Source of the DNA: an uncultured Pseudomonadales bacterium
GTDB lineage: Bacteria; Pseudomonadota; Gammaproteobacteria; Pseudomonadales; Azotimanducaceae
Length of the DNA: 32,552 nt
Reading direction: 5' to 3'
Assembly: GCA_965367925.1 (NCBI GenBank)
Contig: CBDUKY010000001.1
Span: forward strand, 1 to 32,552
Shown: in pieces, positions 1-9,481 of the stretch
How positions within the stretch are numbered: the first letter of the stretch is position 1
Layout: each line of letters starts with the position of its first letter
The notes under the pieces: model-generated
The model's database searches: none
Told to the model about the DNA's origin: nothing
Seen by the model: the letters and a program-made list of their open reading frames with translations, nothing else
Program-made: the position numbers and the translations under genes

Positions 1-972
1 TACTACTGTCAGAGACTGGACCTGAGCAGCAAAGACAATCACAAACAACGAACTACCTGTTAGTGCTGCACTGATTGATGCAAGGGGTTTAGGCTGCAAA
101 CCGTCAATCAGCCAACCCCATATAGGTTTTGACAGCAATGCAGGTACTGAGGCGACCGTTATCATCAATGCTGCAGTATTTCTGTCATAGCCTGCATCAG
201 TCATAAAAGGCACTGTCTGCAACAACATCACCTGGATCGTGATCACAAATAGGCCAAAGGCGATCACCAGAGAATAAAAGGTACTTGTCCTGAGCGCCTC
301 ACGTCTGGTTAGCGAACGATTAAAATCGTCAGTCGCATTTTGATTAAGCCCCTGATCAACATAATCCTGACTTCTGCCATCGGGATGCAGACCAAAGTCC
401 TCCGGCGTTCTACGCATAGACAATGCAGCAGGAATTACCAGAGCAACGGTAATCAATGACAGTATCTGCCAGGCAGTACGCCAGTCGTACTCATCGATTA
501 TCCATGTGGTTAAAGGGGTAAGCAGTACCCCGGCAAAAGACACACCCATGGCTGCGAAGGCGACTGCCCGACCTCTAAAATCTACAAACCACTTGGCAAG
601 GGTGACATTGACAACAAGGTTACCGATCAGCGCTGAGCCAACAGTTAGCACCAGTCCATTTAGCATTACCCATTGCCATAGCTGTTGCACCATCGATAAT
701 GAATAGAGCGCGACACAAAGAATAATCGTCCCCGCCACCATAAAACGCCTGGCTCCATAGCGGTCTACTTTAGCGCCAATAAAAAAACCAGTTGCCGCCA
801 TCACTATCTGGCCGATGGTACGAGGTAGGGTAAATTCTGCACGCGTCCAATCAAGCTCTGCACTCATCGGAATCATGAATGGGCCGATAACGTAGTTTTG
901 CATGCCCGTCGCGACAAACTGGGCGACAAACGCTGCAACAATTAGCCAATAGCCATAATAGATGCGCTGCAA
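1..972 (-). CDS. MFS transporter (N-terminal 324 codons; C-terminus lies beyond the window start)
   Basis: Absent from the ORF track because it runs off the window edge. My reverse-strand translation from TTG at 972 reads MQRIYYGYWLIVAAFVAQFVATGMQNYVIGPFMIPMSAELDWTRAEF...GAKVDRYGARRFMVAG... and stays open to base 1. AGG lies 7 nt upstream of that TTG; an alternative TTG at 990 directly follows an in-frame TGA. The protein has repeated hydrophobic helices and the MFS TM2-TM3 loop motif G-x-x-x-D-R-x-G-x-R (GAKVDRYGAR). Confidence 0.65.
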   Translation of the reverse strand, partial: MQRIYYGYWLIVAAFVAQFVATGMQNYVIGPFMIPMSAELDWTRAEFTLPRTIGQIVMAATGFFIGAKVDRYGARRFMVAGTIILCVALYSLSMVQQLWQWVMLNGLVLTVGSALIGNLVVNVTLAKWFVDFRGRAVAFAAMGVSFAGVLLTPLTTWIIDEYDWRTAWQILSLITVALVIPAALSMRRTPEDFGLHPDGRSQDYVDQGLNQNATDDFNRSLTRREALRTSTFYSLVIAFGLFVITIQVMLLQTVPFMTDAGYDRNTAALMITVASVPALLSKPIWGWLIDGLQPKPLASISAALTGSSLFVIVFAAQVQSLTVV

Positions 973-1130
973 GGGACAGCCTTGTATCAATCAAGAAGCG
1001 TCAGTGAAGCCCTAAAGATGGTTAAGATCAAGTAGATACAGAATGCTTATCAAGGCCAATAGCAGTCACATATATTCGACTGATCGATTGAATAGCGCCT
1101 GCTGCCAGACAATTCCTTAACCGGCAAACA

Positions 1131-2309
1131 CTAAAGCCGCAATGCACGAGTGACATCACGCCAGTCAATAATTTTGAAATTCTGTGTTGAGCCGGCAGGC
1201 GCATTAAAGCCGTCTTGCACTACTAGTACACCATCGGGATACTTTTCTCCGAGTGGTTGACCGCTCGCTGCAAGACCATCTGTTTCTTGACTACCATCTA
1301 TACCCGATGAGGGGTCTGTACCAATACGGAATCGGCCAAGAAATGCATAAGGTGGAATTCCGCGATAGACCGCATAGCTATCATTACCCTGTGATGAGGC
1401 GATAAGATATTGTTGCAAGCCATTATCATATAGCGCCACACCTTCGACATCAGATACAAGCCCGGTTGCATTTCCAACGATATCGACCTGATTGGCAACG
1501 CCAAACTCAAATTCCGTCGAACCCACTATCGTTTTAACTCGCCAGATTGCCTTGTTCTCTTCACCGACGAACAATACTGATGAATTATCCTGATGCACAC
1601 AACCTTCAAGCTGACTGGAAAAACGTAGACTTCCAACTTCGCGAGCAACCACGGTGGGTAAAATTGACTCAAACTGATGGGCTTTTACAACACCGGTTTT
1701 GTAGGTTACAAAAACTGTTGCTACGCTCTCTATCTTGCCTATACAAATACCATAAGGTTCTTCATCGACAGGGAAAGCACCCATCAGGTGTGCACCGGTT
1801 TCATCAACACTAAATAGCGTGACAGAGTTATCAGCACGATTCGAAGTTACCGCAAGGTCACCATACCATGTGCCAACTTCAAGGTTTTGCCGCAAATCAA
1901 CATTGTTAGGTAGCCCAGCCGGGACAAACTGAAGCAGATTGCCAGAGAAATCATAGATAGCCAGCCCTGCTTTCTTATCCGTTCCAAGTAGCAGACTCTT
2001 CTCAGGGTTAGTCGGATGAATCCAAATAGCCGGGTCATCTGCAGCATCTTCAGTGGATTCTACTGGCGCTGTTTCTGCTCGTGCAGTAATAACTGGTACC
2101 ACCGCCATATCAATGTAGGCGACAAATTCCCGCGTCGCATCTTCTGGCAATTCGTTAGCATCTGGGATGGATTCAAATTGACTTAAGAAGCTTTTTTGAA
2201 GACTCGCAAGTTCTTCCTCGACATCTATCACTGGCTTGTTATCTGCACAGCTATTCAAGAGGGTGACCAATAACCCACCCAACAGACCACGGACTAAAAC
2301 TGAATTCAT
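1131..2309 (-). CDS. beta-propeller 3-phytase, predicted lipoprotein
   Basis: Track ORF 1131..2321. DDPAIWIHPTNPEKSLLLGTDKKAGLAIYD matches the hallmark DDPAIW blade of Bacillus PhyC-type beta-propeller phytases. Signal peptide with lipobox LLNS/C. ATG at 2309 (M5 of the track ORF, GAG about 8 nt upstream) is preferred over the GTG at 2321. Confidence 0.8.
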   Translation of the reverse strand: MNSVLVRGLLGGLLVTLLNSCADNKPVIDVEEELASLQKSFLSQFESIPDANELPEDATREFVAYIDMAVVPVITARAETAPVESTEDAADDPAIWIHPTNPEKSLLLGTDKKAGLAIYDFSGNLLQFVPAGLPNNVDLRQNLEVGTWYGDLAVTSNRADNSVTLFSVDETGAHLMGAFPVDEEPYGICIGKIESVATVFVTYKTGVVKAHQFESILPTVVAREVGSLRFSSQLEGCVHQDNSSVLFVGEENKAIWRVKTIVGSTEFEFGVANQVDIVGNATGLVSDVEGVALYDNGLQQYLIASSQGNDSYAVYRGIPPYAFLGRFRIGTDPSSGIDGSQETDGLAASGQPLGEKYPDGVLVVQDGFNAPAGSTQNFKIIDWRDVTRALRL

Positions 2310-2329
2310 TGTCTTGCTCACTTGTGCAG

Positions 2330-2362
2330 ATTAAATAACTCACCCGACTTTGGTCAGGTGAG
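2330..2362 (-). terminator. weak hairpin plus short T-rich tail between the TBDR and phytase genes (possible partial terminator or processing stem)
   Basis: On the minus strand, 8 nt after the TBDR stop: CTCACC-t-GAC-caaa-GTC-g-GGTGAG (9 bp with a 1x1 mismatch and a tetraloop), followed by TTATTTAAT. The U-tract is poor, so it is at best leaky. Confidence 0.3.
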
Positions 2363-2369
2363 AATAGAC

Positions 2370-4955
2370 TTAAAAGGTGGCCTGGACGCCTAACTTACCT
2401 GTCCAGGAATATTCCTCATACTGCAACAAGCGATCACCACCGGGACCCTGTTGAAAGGCTATGTAGGGTTCGTCGCCGAGATTGACCAACTGCGCGTAGA
2501 CACGAACATTGTCTGTGACCCTATAACTTGCGGTCATATCAAACTGGGTATGGTCCTTAACGTAACGGTCTTCGTCAGCACTGCCTCCTAGTTCATCTAA
2601 ATATTCATCCCTGTAACTAGCTGTGAAGCGGATACTGAGCGGACCCTTTTCATAGCCTAACATAGCATTGTAGTTGTGCTCGCTCGCCGCGGGTAAGGGT
2701 ATGCTGCGCTGATTAATATCACCTTCAGCATCTGTGTAGGTGTAGTTAAAGCCTACTAACAACCCATCGAAGGGAGAGGGCAAGGAAGTCAGGGCCTGTT
2801 GGTAGGCAAGTTCAACACCACGCACCCTGGCCTCATCACCATTTAGAGGAATTAGCGCTTCATCAAAATTCACACCGCTAAATACGCCGTTGAAGGGTGC
2901 ATCCCCTGCGTCATACTCTACATCGACAATAAAGTTATCGATCTGCTTATAGAACATCCCTAATTGAAGAACCGCTTCAGGCGCAAAATACCATTCAGCA
3001 CTTACATCATAGTTCCATGCAATGAACGGCTCTAAATCTGGATTACCAAATTCCCCTTCTCGTTCACCATCGTCAGCTTCTTCGACAATGAACCTTGGCG
3101 CAATTTTGCTGATTCCTGGCCGAACCACACTTTTGAAAATACCCGCACGCAGAACAATGTCGCTGCTAGCATCTAAACGAAGGCTAAGACTCGGCAAAAC
3201 ATCTGTATAGCTATTGTCGAAAGTCTGGCTCGTTGTGAACACGGTATCTTCCGTGAGTACAACACCGTTGTGAGTGCCATTCTCTTCAACCAGTTCAACA
3301 AGATTTCCTCGCATATCATTGTCGGTTTTTTCAATTCGAACACCACCAACGATGGTCCAGTTATTGATCTCATAGTGTCCCAATACATAAGCAGCAAGAA
3401 TGTCTTCATCAACCTGATAGTCTTCGATAGCTGATTCAAACTGTGTATCCAGATCATTTACCTCAAAGTTGGAGAGGTTTGCCTGATTAAAAGCACGGAC
3501 AGCGCCTAGATCAGGCAGCGTACCTAATGCCGCAAGACCATAAGATTGACGACCTGCCACATCCGCCAATGTGTAGGCGCCAGAAAATCCATCAAGTACT
3601 TGTAATGAGAGGTCAAATTCTTTGGTTCGAGTTCGGTACTTACCACCAAACTTCACATCAAGCTCGCCTTTATCAAGAACAAAGTGACGTGTCACATCGA
3701 GCTGAAACGCAGATTCTTCATCTTTAGCGCTACCGTCAGTTAATTCAATTTTGTTGAACTCATAAGTAGCCGGGTCTGCGAATTCATTTTGACCAGCAGT
3801 AATTAAAAAGCCTGGCAACTCAAGATCAGCATAGTCAAACGTAACCGCAAGCTCACCTGGGTTATCGAAATCATGCCGGAAGCGAGTAGGGTCCTGGGTA
3901 TCATATTCATTTTCTTCAGCGCGGGAATAAGCCATCTTGTATTCAAAGGACCATCTATCACCTTCGCTTTCGCCGCCAATTTCGTAGGTCTGAATTTCTT
4001 GAGATTCAAATCTATCTTTGAGTCCTCGTCGGACAGAAATTTCCCCGTCATCAGAAAGAAAGGTCGCGGTTGATCCGGTGCCACTGCCAGGCGCTTCATC
4101 CATTTCAAACACAAGCCGGCGACGTTCTTCGGTATCGTCAAAAACACTGTAAAGTGCTCTAGCGTATAAGTTGGTCGCTTCCGTTACCTGGAAATCAACG
4201 CCAAGGGAGCCGCCAATTCTTTCCCGCTCCACATCATAATCTCTATATTCCAACGTATCGGCGTAGACGACACCGCTATCAGAAATATCCCAACCCTCTG
4301 CTTCGACGTTATCCGTCGCTGTTTGCCGGCGATTGAACGAAAGGCCGCCTGCAACACCGACTCTGTCATTGATAGGATAGATAAAATCGACACTGGCCTT
4401 TGGTGAGGTTTCACTATTCAGGTCGTTATAGGAAGACTCGGCTTTGAAGGAATAAAATGCCTTATCGCGACCGATTGAACTTGTTGTATTGATACGAATA
4501 GCGGCGCCAATCGTATCGGCATCCATATCAGGCGTTAAGGTTTTAATGATCTCTATACTTTCTACCAATTCTGATGGAACCACATCGAGTGCCACAGCAC
4601 GAGAATCTGATTCCGGTGAAGGAATTCTCGTTCCATTAATCGATGCACCGTTCAGACTAGGATCCAGACCTCTAACAGCAATAAACCGCCCTTCTCCCTG
4701 ATCATTAAGCACATTCACGCCAGACAATCGACGTACAGCCTCGGCAACATTTTGATCAGGAAATTGGCCGATAGCATCTCTCGTTATAATGCTCTTAATG
4801 CCATCCGCATCTCGCTGACGTGCCAGCGCATTTTGCATCATCGCTCGTTGGCCAACGACAACAACGCTTTCCATATCCGCGTCTTCTGCTTTTGCAGCAC
4901 TACTAACACTTAATGGAACCGCTATCAATAATGCCCAGTTCAACCAGGATTTCAT
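2370..4955 (-). CDS. TonB-dependent outer-membrane receptor
   Basis: Track ORF 2370..4970. Signal peptide MKSWLNWALLIAVPLSVSSAAKA, plug-domain signature ITRDAIGQFPDQNVAEAVRRLSGVNV, barrel-sized length and a terminal aromatic (LGVQATF). ATG at 4955 is chosen because GGGGAG sits 7 nt upstream; GTG 4970 is only the ORF maximum. Confidence 0.9.
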   Translation of the reverse strand: MKSWLNWALLIAVPLSVSSAAKAEDADMESVVVVGQRAMMQNALARQRDADGIKSIITRDAIGQFPDQNVAEAVRRLSGVNVLNDQGEGRFIAVRGLDPSLNGASINGTRIPSPESDSRAVALDVVPSELVESIEIIKTLTPDMDADTIGAAIRINTTSSIGRDKAFYSFKAESSYNDLNSETSPKASVDFIYPINDRVGVAGGLSFNRRQTATDNVEAEGWDISDSGVVYADTLEYRDYDVERERIGGSLGVDFQVTEATNLYARALYSVFDDTEERRRLVFEMDEAPGSGTGSTATFLSDDGEISVRRGLKDRFESQEIQTYEIGGESEGDRWSFEYKMAYSRAEENEYDTQDPTRFRHDFDNPGELAVTFDYADLELPGFLITAGQNEFADPATYEFNKIELTDGSAKDEESAFQLDVTRHFVLDKGELDVKFGGKYRTRTKEFDLSLQVLDGFSGAYTLADVAGRQSYGLAALGTLPDLGAVRAFNQANLSNFEVNDLDTQFESAIEDYQVDEDILAAYVLGHYEINNWTIVGGVRIEKTDNDMRGNLVELVEENGTHNGVVLTEDTVFTTSQTFDNSYTDVLPSLSLRLDASSDIVLRAGIFKSVVRPGISKIAPRFIVEEADDGEREGEFGNPDLEPFIAWNYDVSAEWYFAPEAVLQLGMFYKQIDNFIVDVEYDAGDAPFNGVFSGVNFDEALIPLNGDEARVRGVELAYQQALTSLPSPFDGLLVGFNYTYTDAEGDINQRSIPLPAASEHNYNAMLGYEKGPLSIRFTASYRDEYLDELGGSADEDRYVKDHTQFDMTASYRVTDNVRVYAQLVNLGDEPYIAFQQGPGGDRLLQYEEYSWTGKLGVQATF

Positions 4956-4974
4956 TCGCCTACTCCCCACAAAC

Positions 4975-4998
4975 GATTGTTGACCAGGTCAAACAATC
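4975..4998. promoter_or_regulatory. palindromic candidate operator or leader stem upstream of the TBDR gene
   Basis: Perfect 6-1-6 palindrome TTGACC-A-GGTCAA (4980-4992). It extends imperfectly to GATTGTTGACCAGGTCAAACAATC and lies 25-43 nt upstream of the TBDR ATG, between a T9 run and the SD. Confidence 0.35.
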
Positions 4999-5115
4999 AA
5001 AAAAAAATTGCCGTCAGTCGACGGGTATGAGGAGATATTAGGAAGGTTCAGTAAAGGTTAGATAAACGAATTGCGAAGTCTCGGTGAACAATATGTAGAT
5101 ACAATTAACACCTAT

Positions 5116-5178
5116 ATAAAAAAACAAACTTCAGGTGAAGACCCGCAGGTCTGAGCAGATATTCGTGGCACCTGAAGT
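5116..5178 (-). terminator. rho-independent terminator of the P450 gene
   Basis: Minus strand, 7 nt after the P450 TAG: a 10-bp stem ACTTCAGGTG...CACCTGAAGT with an inner mini-hairpin AGACC-tgcg-GGTCT in a 31-nt loop. It is followed by TTTGTTTTTTT (A-run 5118-5124 on the + strand). Confidence 0.55.
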
Positions 5179-5184
5179 GATCAG

Positions 5185-6396
5185 CTAGCTAGCCGAACTC
5201 ACCCAGAAATATTCCATACCTCGAAAACCAGGCACTGCCGCACGAGCAAATCCCCCACTGCCATGCTTGAGTACTGGATACTTTTCGAGCAGTGCAAGAA
5301 TGGCTTCCTGGGCTTCCACCCTGGCAAGATGGGCACCAAGACACATATGCTTACCGCCACCAAAAGACTGATGGTGGGTATCTTCACGCTCAATGTCGAA
5401 GCGCTCTGGATCAGGGTAAACAGAAGGGTCGTGATTCGCAGCCGCAAGCGAAACAGTTAAGGATTCCCCTTTTTTTACTGGGCAACCCTGCACCTCAATA
5501 TCCCTGTTTGGAATCCGTCCGGAATTGGTCACAGGGCTATCAAACCTGAGCATCTCTTCCACGGCATTTTTGATAAGCGCTGGATTATCACGCAATTTTT
5601 GTAGCTGATCTGGATTGTCTAATAACGCTTTCATCCCATTCGCGATCAGGTCTGTCGTCGTGACATTGCCTGCAATTAGCAGTAACAAACATTGTTGAAC
5701 TAACTCGTCCTCAGTTAACTTGTCACCTTCCGCCTCGGCACGAATCATCTGACTAAGCAGATCATCACCTGGCTGCTCGCGGCGCCTTGCTATTTCCTCT
5801 CGTAAAAAACCATCAATCGCTTCACCTGCAATCTGTGCAGTCTCCAGGTCAGTTGGTTCGGGAAAGGGATTAAAACTGGTTTTGATCATCTTATCCGACC
5901 AGTCCTTGAAAGCTTCATGATGACCAGGGTCAATCCCAAGCAGTTCAGCAATCACAACCGTTGGCACAGGCCCAGCAAAACTATTGACTAGCTCAAATTC
6001 AGGTTCGCTTATTTTGGCAAGCATCCTGTCAACAACCTGGCGTGTTCTCGGTCGCCATTTTTCAACCTCGGCAGGCATAAAGGGTTTGCTAACAAGCGTA
6101 CGAAGTCGCTTGTGATCAGGCTCATCCATCAACAACATGGAAGGCTCCTGATTATCCTTGCCGCCAAGAAATTCATATTGAAAGCTACCAGGATTACCCT
6201 TTCTTGGATCTGACCACATCTCCTTATCACGCAGTATAGTTTTTACATCAGCATGATGAGTACTGAGATGTTGACCTAATTCATCATCAACGAGTATGGG
6301 TGTAGTCGATTGAATCCGCCTCAATATTGGATAAGGATTATCTCGAAACACCTCATCCAATACTGTGAGCTGTACACCTTTAGGAAGTTCAGTCAT
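5185..6396 (-). CDS. cytochrome P450
   Basis: Heme-ligand loop FGGGKHMCLGAHLA (FxxGxxxCxG), ExxR (EEMLRF), I-helix AGNVTTTD, and 403 aa as is typical of bacterial class I P450s. Confidence 0.9.
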   Translation of the reverse strand: MTELPKGVQLTVLDEVFRDNPYPILRRIQSTTPILVDDELGQHLSTHHADVKTILRDKEMWSDPRKGNPGSFQYEFLGGKDNQEPSMLLMDEPDHKRLRTLVSKPFMPAEVEKWRPRTRQVVDRMLAKISEPEFELVNSFAGPVPTVVIAELLGIDPGHHEAFKDWSDKMIKTSFNPFPEPTDLETAQIAGEAIDGFLREEIARRREQPGDDLLSQMIRAEAEGDKLTEDELVQQCLLLLIAGNVTTTDLIANGMKALLDNPDQLQKLRDNPALIKNAVEEMLRFDSPVTNSGRIPNRDIEVQGCPVKKGESLTVSLAAANHDPSVYPDPERFDIEREDTHHQSFGGGKHMCLGAHLARVEAQEAILALLEKYPVLKHGSGGFARAAVPGFRGMEYFWVSSAS

Positions 6397-6422
6397 GCCG
6401 TCATCTCAGTCTGTTATGGACG

Positions 6423-7703
6423 CTAGTTATCAGTGTTAGGGTCTTCGCGCTTTGATTTTTTAAAAGCCTCGTGTTCAGCCTTCCAGCGCATAGCCCTGTA
6501 TATTCGATTGTAACCACTCGGATGATCAAACAGGACAAACTCCTCCAGCGCACCAGGATGCACCTTGCGATAGGTGGACAGGCTTAGTATTGCCTCGGCA
6601 AATCCATCCGGGTAGCCAGAGGCGTTGAAAGCAAAGTAGTCCGCCTCGGTTTCATTGGAACGGATAATTGAATTGTTTATCGGCGTTATTAGAAAAAAGA
6701 AGATCGATATCAGCGCCATCAAAATTGGCAAGCCAGCCGTATCACTCACATCACGAACGCCAAGAGATGGCCTTGCCACTAGCCTGAAACTCCATTTCAG
6801 GAACAGAAAAGCACACACAATAATAATGCTCAGGTTCACCAGCCGCTCAATCGTATGATTGAGCGTGTAGTGACCTATCTCATGGGCCATTACCGCGACA
6901 ATACCTTCATGGCTCGTATTGTTGAGTAGATTGTCGTTCAAGCTAATCCGTGTTGTCCCAAATAGACCACTTACATTGGCGCTTATCCGGGTGGTTTGCT
7001 TCGATGCATCAAACTGATAAACATTTTCTGCTGGCACGCCATTGGCCCTGGCAATACCGAGAATTTCTTCCTTTAAGGGACCATCTTCTAGTGGGGTGTA
7101 ATCATTAAACAGTGGAGACAGGTAAACCGGCGAGATAACCATGAGAAACGTTAGCATTGCGATAGTTGTGGCGGCACCCCATATTGCCCAGCTATTGGGT
7201 GCCCGGCGTATTACCACATAGATAAGCGCAAGTCCCAGCGTGCCGAGGGTCAGATCTAACCCCAGGCCCATCAGTTGTTCGAGGAACCAGTCAACAAAGG
7301 TCAAATTCGACAGGTCATACTGATGTTCCCGGTAGAATCCCTCGTAAAAGAGTAGCGGAAAATACATAACAAAGGTCAATGCACTGTACTGAACGATATA
7401 GAGGCAATTGGCGGCATACTTAAATCGACTTAATCGTTCGCTAAGGTCCCGCATCCGTACTGATATACCAAACCGCATGAGCACCCAGGCAATTCCAAGG
7501 CCGTACATGAGTCCCCACAGTATGAGCCAGCTCTGACCTTCAAAATACCGATCTGATGCGGCTCTCGCCTCGCTATCAAGGCGACTGATGTAGGCATCCG
7601 TCGCCAATTCTACCGTCGTTTGCAGTGAGTCCGGCAAATTGCTTTCGGCTGAATCTGCATAAGCAGACGTACCGAGTAGAAATACCCAGAGCACTATTAT
7701 CAT
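6423..7703 (-). CDS. M48 family zinc metallopeptidase (Ste24/HtpX-like, multi-pass membrane)
   Basis: HEXXH in VMAHEIGHYTLNH, downstream NETEADYFA, an N-terminal signal or TM segment plus several hydrophobic helices before the catalytic domain. Only 26 nt upstream of the P450 gene on the same strand. Confidence 0.85.
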   Translation of the reverse strand: MIIVLWVFLLGTSAYADSAESNLPDSLQTTVELATDAYISRLDSEARAASDRYFEGQSWLILWGLMYGLGIAWVLMRFGISVRMRDLSERLSRFKYAANCLYIVQYSALTFVMYFPLLFYEGFYREHQYDLSNLTFVDWFLEQLMGLGLDLTLGTLGLALIYVVIRRAPNSWAIWGAATTIAMLTFLMVISPVYLSPLFNDYTPLEDGPLKEEILGIARANGVPAENVYQFDASKQTTRISANVSGLFGTTRISLNDNLLNNTSHEGIVAVMAHEIGHYTLNHTIERLVNLSIIIVCAFLFLKWSFRLVARPSLGVRDVSDTAGLPILMALISIFFFLITPINNSIIRSNETEADYFAFNASGYPDGFAEAILSLSTYRKVHPGALEEFVLFDHPSGYNRIYRAMRWKAEHEAFKKSKREDPNTDN

Positions 7704-7888
7704 TGCCGTTCGCAGAATACTTCCTTCCCTGTGATGTCGTAAGCAGTAGGACCCAGGCCGATTAGAGACTGACTCATCATCGCAAATTGTACGCCTTCTA
7801 GCAGACTATCCCACTAAAGCAGCAAACAGAACTCGACGAAAGCCTCAGAAATCCCTATGATGCGGCACTTTTTGAAGGCATTTTTCCG

Positions 7889-9481
7889 TTGATTACCACT
7901 GCAAACATCACCATGCAATTCGGCGCCAAGCCGTTATTTGAAAATATTTCCGTCAAGTTTGGTGAAGGCAACCGCTATGGCCTAATCGGTGCTAATGGCT
8001 GTGGGAAATCCACCTTCATGAAAATTCTCAATGGCAGCCTCACGCCGACTAATGGCAATGTCTCTTTTGAGCCAAATGTACGTGTCGGCGAACTGCACCA
8101 GGATCAGTTCGCGTTTGAAGAATACACCGTGATTGATACGGTGATTATGGGCCACAAGGAATTATCCGCCATCAAATTGGAACGAGATCGCATCTACTCA
8201 CTGCCAGAAATGACCGAGGAAGATGGTATTAAGGTCGCCGATCTTGAAATCGAGTTTGCCGAGTTAGACGGTTATAGCGCTGAAGCGCGCGCTGGTGAAA
8301 TCCTGCTTGGCGCAGGTATCGAAGAAGCTGTTCACTATTCACCCATGAGCGAAATTGCACCAGGTAGAAAATTGCGGGTACTACTCGCCCAGGCATTGTT
8401 CTCCGATCCAGATATTCTGCTCTTAGATGAACCAACCAATAACCTTGATATTCACACTATCCGTTGGTTGGAAGGCGTCCTTTGTGCACGCAGCAGCACC
8501 ATGATCATCATTTCTCACGATCGACACTTCCTAAATGAAGTCTGCACCCACATGGCTGATATCGACTATGGTGAATTGCGAATTTATCCCGGTAACTATG
8601 ATGATTTTATGACTGCATCTACCCAGGCCCGTGAAAAGCTGCAATCAGAAAATGCCAAGAAGAAAGCCCAGATCGCTGAACTGAAGCACTTTGTCAGCCG
8701 CTTCTCTGCGAACGCGTCAAAGGCGAGACAGGCAACCTCACGCGCAAAACAAATCACAAAGATTGAACTCGCGGATATTAAGCCTAGTAGTCGGGTTAGC
8801 CCCTATATTCGATTTACGGAAGAAACCAAACTGCATAAGTTCGCAGTCACCATCGAAGACCTCGGCCATGGTTTTGATGGAGAGCCGCTGTTTTCTGGCG
8901 GCAACCTTATTCTCGAAGCAGGGTCTAGGCTCGCGATCGTCGGTGAAAATGGTGTTGGTAAATCAACCTTGCTGCGCTGTTTGATGAATGAGCTAACGCC
9001 AGATGAAGGCACGATTAAATGGGCGGAGAACGCAACGCTCGGCTACTGCCCCCAGGACACCACGAACGAATTTAATAATGATCTGAACTTGTTTGACTGG
9101 ATGACCCAATGGCGCAAACCCGGCCAGGATGATCAGATTGTACGCGCAACCCTCGGACGATTGCTGTTTAGCACTGAAGATTTTGAGAAAAAAGCAAGGG
9201 TCTGCTCCGGTGGGGAAAAGAACCGCCTGCTGTTCGGAAAGCTAATTTTAAACGAACCTAATGTCATGTTGTTAGATGAGCCAACCAATCACCTGGACAT
9301 GGAATCTATTGAAGCGCTGAACCTTGCCCTTGAGCATTATGAAGGCACTTTGATATTCGTCAGCCATGACCGGGAATTCGTCTCCTCACTGGCAACGCGT
9401 ATTATTGAAATCAAAGATAAGAAACTTATCGATTTTACAGGTGGTTATGCAGAGTTTCTTGCTCAAGAAGAAATGGGTTAG
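7889..9481 (+). CDS. ybiT: ABC-F family ATPase (two ABC domains, no TMD), YbiT-type
   Basis: 530 aa, the same length as E. coli YbiT, and near-colinear with it from the N-terminus ([47 protein letters not shown]). Two Walker A sites ([18 protein letters not shown]) and two signature/Walker B regions. The TTG start is supported by the alignment. Confidence 0.9.
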   Translation: MITTANITMQFGAKPLFENISVKFGEGNRYGLIGANGCGKSTFMKILNGSLTPTNGNVSFEPNVRVGELHQDQFAFEEYTVIDTVIMGHKELSAIKLERDRIYSLPEMTEEDGIKVADLEIEFAELDGYSAEARAGEILLGAGIEEAVHYSPMSEIAPGRKLRVLLAQALFSDPDILLLDEPTNNLDIHTIRWLEGVLCARSSTMIIISHDRHFLNEVCTHMADIDYGELRIYPGNYDDFMTASTQAREKLQSENAKKKAQIAELKHFVSRFSANASKARQATSRAKQITKIELADIKPSSRVSPYIRFTEETKLHKFAVTIEDLGHGFDGEPLFSGGNLILEAGSRLAIVGENGVGKSTLLRCLMNELTPDEGTIKWAENATLGYCPQDTTNEFNNDLNLFDWMTQWRKPGQDDQIVRATLGRLLFSTEDFEKKARVCSGGEKNRLLFGKLILNEPNVMLLDEPTNHLDMESIEALNLALEHYEGTLIFVSHDREFVSSLATRIIEIKDKKLIDFTGGYAEFLAQEEMG

